Origin: Paramoeba atlantica
Lineage: Eukaryota; Protista; Discosea
NCBI GenBank assembly: GCA_977017575.1
Contig: CDRNVI010000041.1
Location: 62,001 to 126,000, forward strand
Direction: 5' to 3'
Length of the DNA stretch: 64,000 nucleotides
The notes below the pieces were generated by a model that was given only the letters and a program-made list of their open reading frames with translations, ran no database searches and was not told where the DNA came from. Positions 63,076 to 64,000 of the stretch are shown piece by piece; the stretch's first letter is position 1; each line of letters opens with the position of its first letter. The translations under genes were made by a program, and so were the position numbers.

Positions 63076-63723
63076 GTTTTACTAATTAAAAATTCAGTAA
63101 TTTTTGTTTTACTAATTTTTGCACTGCCCCCAAAAAAATTGCCAACTTGATAAAATCAATTTTTACAGAAACGGTATTTCTGTCGTTTGAGTAGGTTGTC
63201 TCCTCTAAGGTCGGCGTTAGTACCATCTGCAAAATGGTAATGCTAGGGAAGACCGCGAGGAGGTCCCGACCATGCTTTCCCATGCTGAGTGTGTCAGGCT
63301 TCAGTGAAGCGTATTACAAAGAAAATCCTTACAAAGAATATTCCCCAAAAAGGGATTGACTTTTACCCCCTCCCTTACAATGTCCCTACATGAGCATTTT
63401 CTTAAATATGAAAAAAATCTCTTAAATGCAAGAGAGCGATGTTTCGCGTTCGCGGAGCGAAGAAAGTCTTTTAAGAATAGGAGTATAACGAAAAAGAAAG
63501 TCAGAGATTCAGAAAAAAATCAGGAGCGGGGAAAGTAATATGTGTCTGTAGCACAGAGTAAAAAACACCCCAAAAAAATAATATTAATAAAAATTTTGCT
63601 CGCTTTCGTGCGACATAGTAATCTGAAAACTTTTCGTAAAAAAAAATAGAATTCCGAAAAAAATGTAAGGTGTAAAACCTGAATTTTGCAAAATGTTTTA
63701 CTAATTAAAAATTTACTAATTTT
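63076..63723. repeat. AT-rich segment bounded by a 19-bp direct repeat
   Basis: GTTTTACTAATTAAAAATT at 63076 and 63695, each followed by a second TTTACTAATTTT. Confidence 0.6.
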
Positions 63724-64000
63724 GGTTTCACGAATTATTGTTACACTAATAATTGTGTGCACTGTACTTTATGTATTCTTTTCATATCTTTTCAGTAAGC
63801 TGCGCGTCAACTTTGGTACTTCCACATACTTACGGTATTTGTAAAGCCCTAATGCAGTGAAAACTATATCGAAAAAGTAATATTAATTCAGCTAAGAAAG
63901 ACGTTTTTAAGGACCAATTCTAGTTCGCAAGAAAAGCGATTGCACAATTTTGCTCAATGACGCGAAATTGAAAACATCCATCATGCGTGGCACCCTTTTA

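Noticed and set aside
63180-63290. VGVSTICKMVMLGKTARRSRP as a Tc1 HTH fragment
   Set aside because: Resemblance too short and weak to support
1-64000. tRNA, rRNA, spliced-leader RNA or snoRNA genes; stop-codon reassignment
   Set aside because: No convincing T-loop/cloverleaf, mini-exon or paired C/D boxes found by eye; conserved genes end in ordinary TAA/TAG/TGA with no in-frame stops. A covariance-model scan would be needed to exclude small RNAs

Overview
Gene-dense, apparently intronless eukaryotic DNA. All 33 recognisable host genes lie on the + strand with short pyrimidine-rich spacers, the layout of a kinetoplastid polycistronic gene cluster. A Perkinsela-like prokinetoplastid is my best guess, and that is inference only. 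Host genes include MetRS, PIG-V, UMP1-like, ORC3-like, EDC4-like, NAXE, VMP1, alanine aminotransferase, Pcc1, Elf1, VPS45, presequence protease, DeoC, uL14m, an LRR protein, L0R8F8-like, acetyl-CoA synthetase, EMC7, NPC1-like, DnaJ, Spb1 and COQ2. An AT-rich nested DNA-transposon island (~33.7-42.1 kb) interrupts the cluster. Its core is a minus-strand Mutator-like DDE transposase gene split at a TA by a 753-bp internally deleted Tc1/mariner element (104-bp TIRs, TA duplication). Removing that element plus one TA restores a stop-free 998-codon ORF exactly at the second catalytic aspartate. A deleted tandem copy of the same transposase carries a 13-nt palindromic scar at that same TA site. Elsewhere there is a 327-bp TA-flanked MITE and a Merlin/IS1595-type transposase remnant. 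Independently, several GC-rich housekeeping genes switch abruptly from C-ending to G-ending codons mid-gene. This strand-symmetric signature is not explained by coding. All family calls are by-eye motif recognition; no searches were run.
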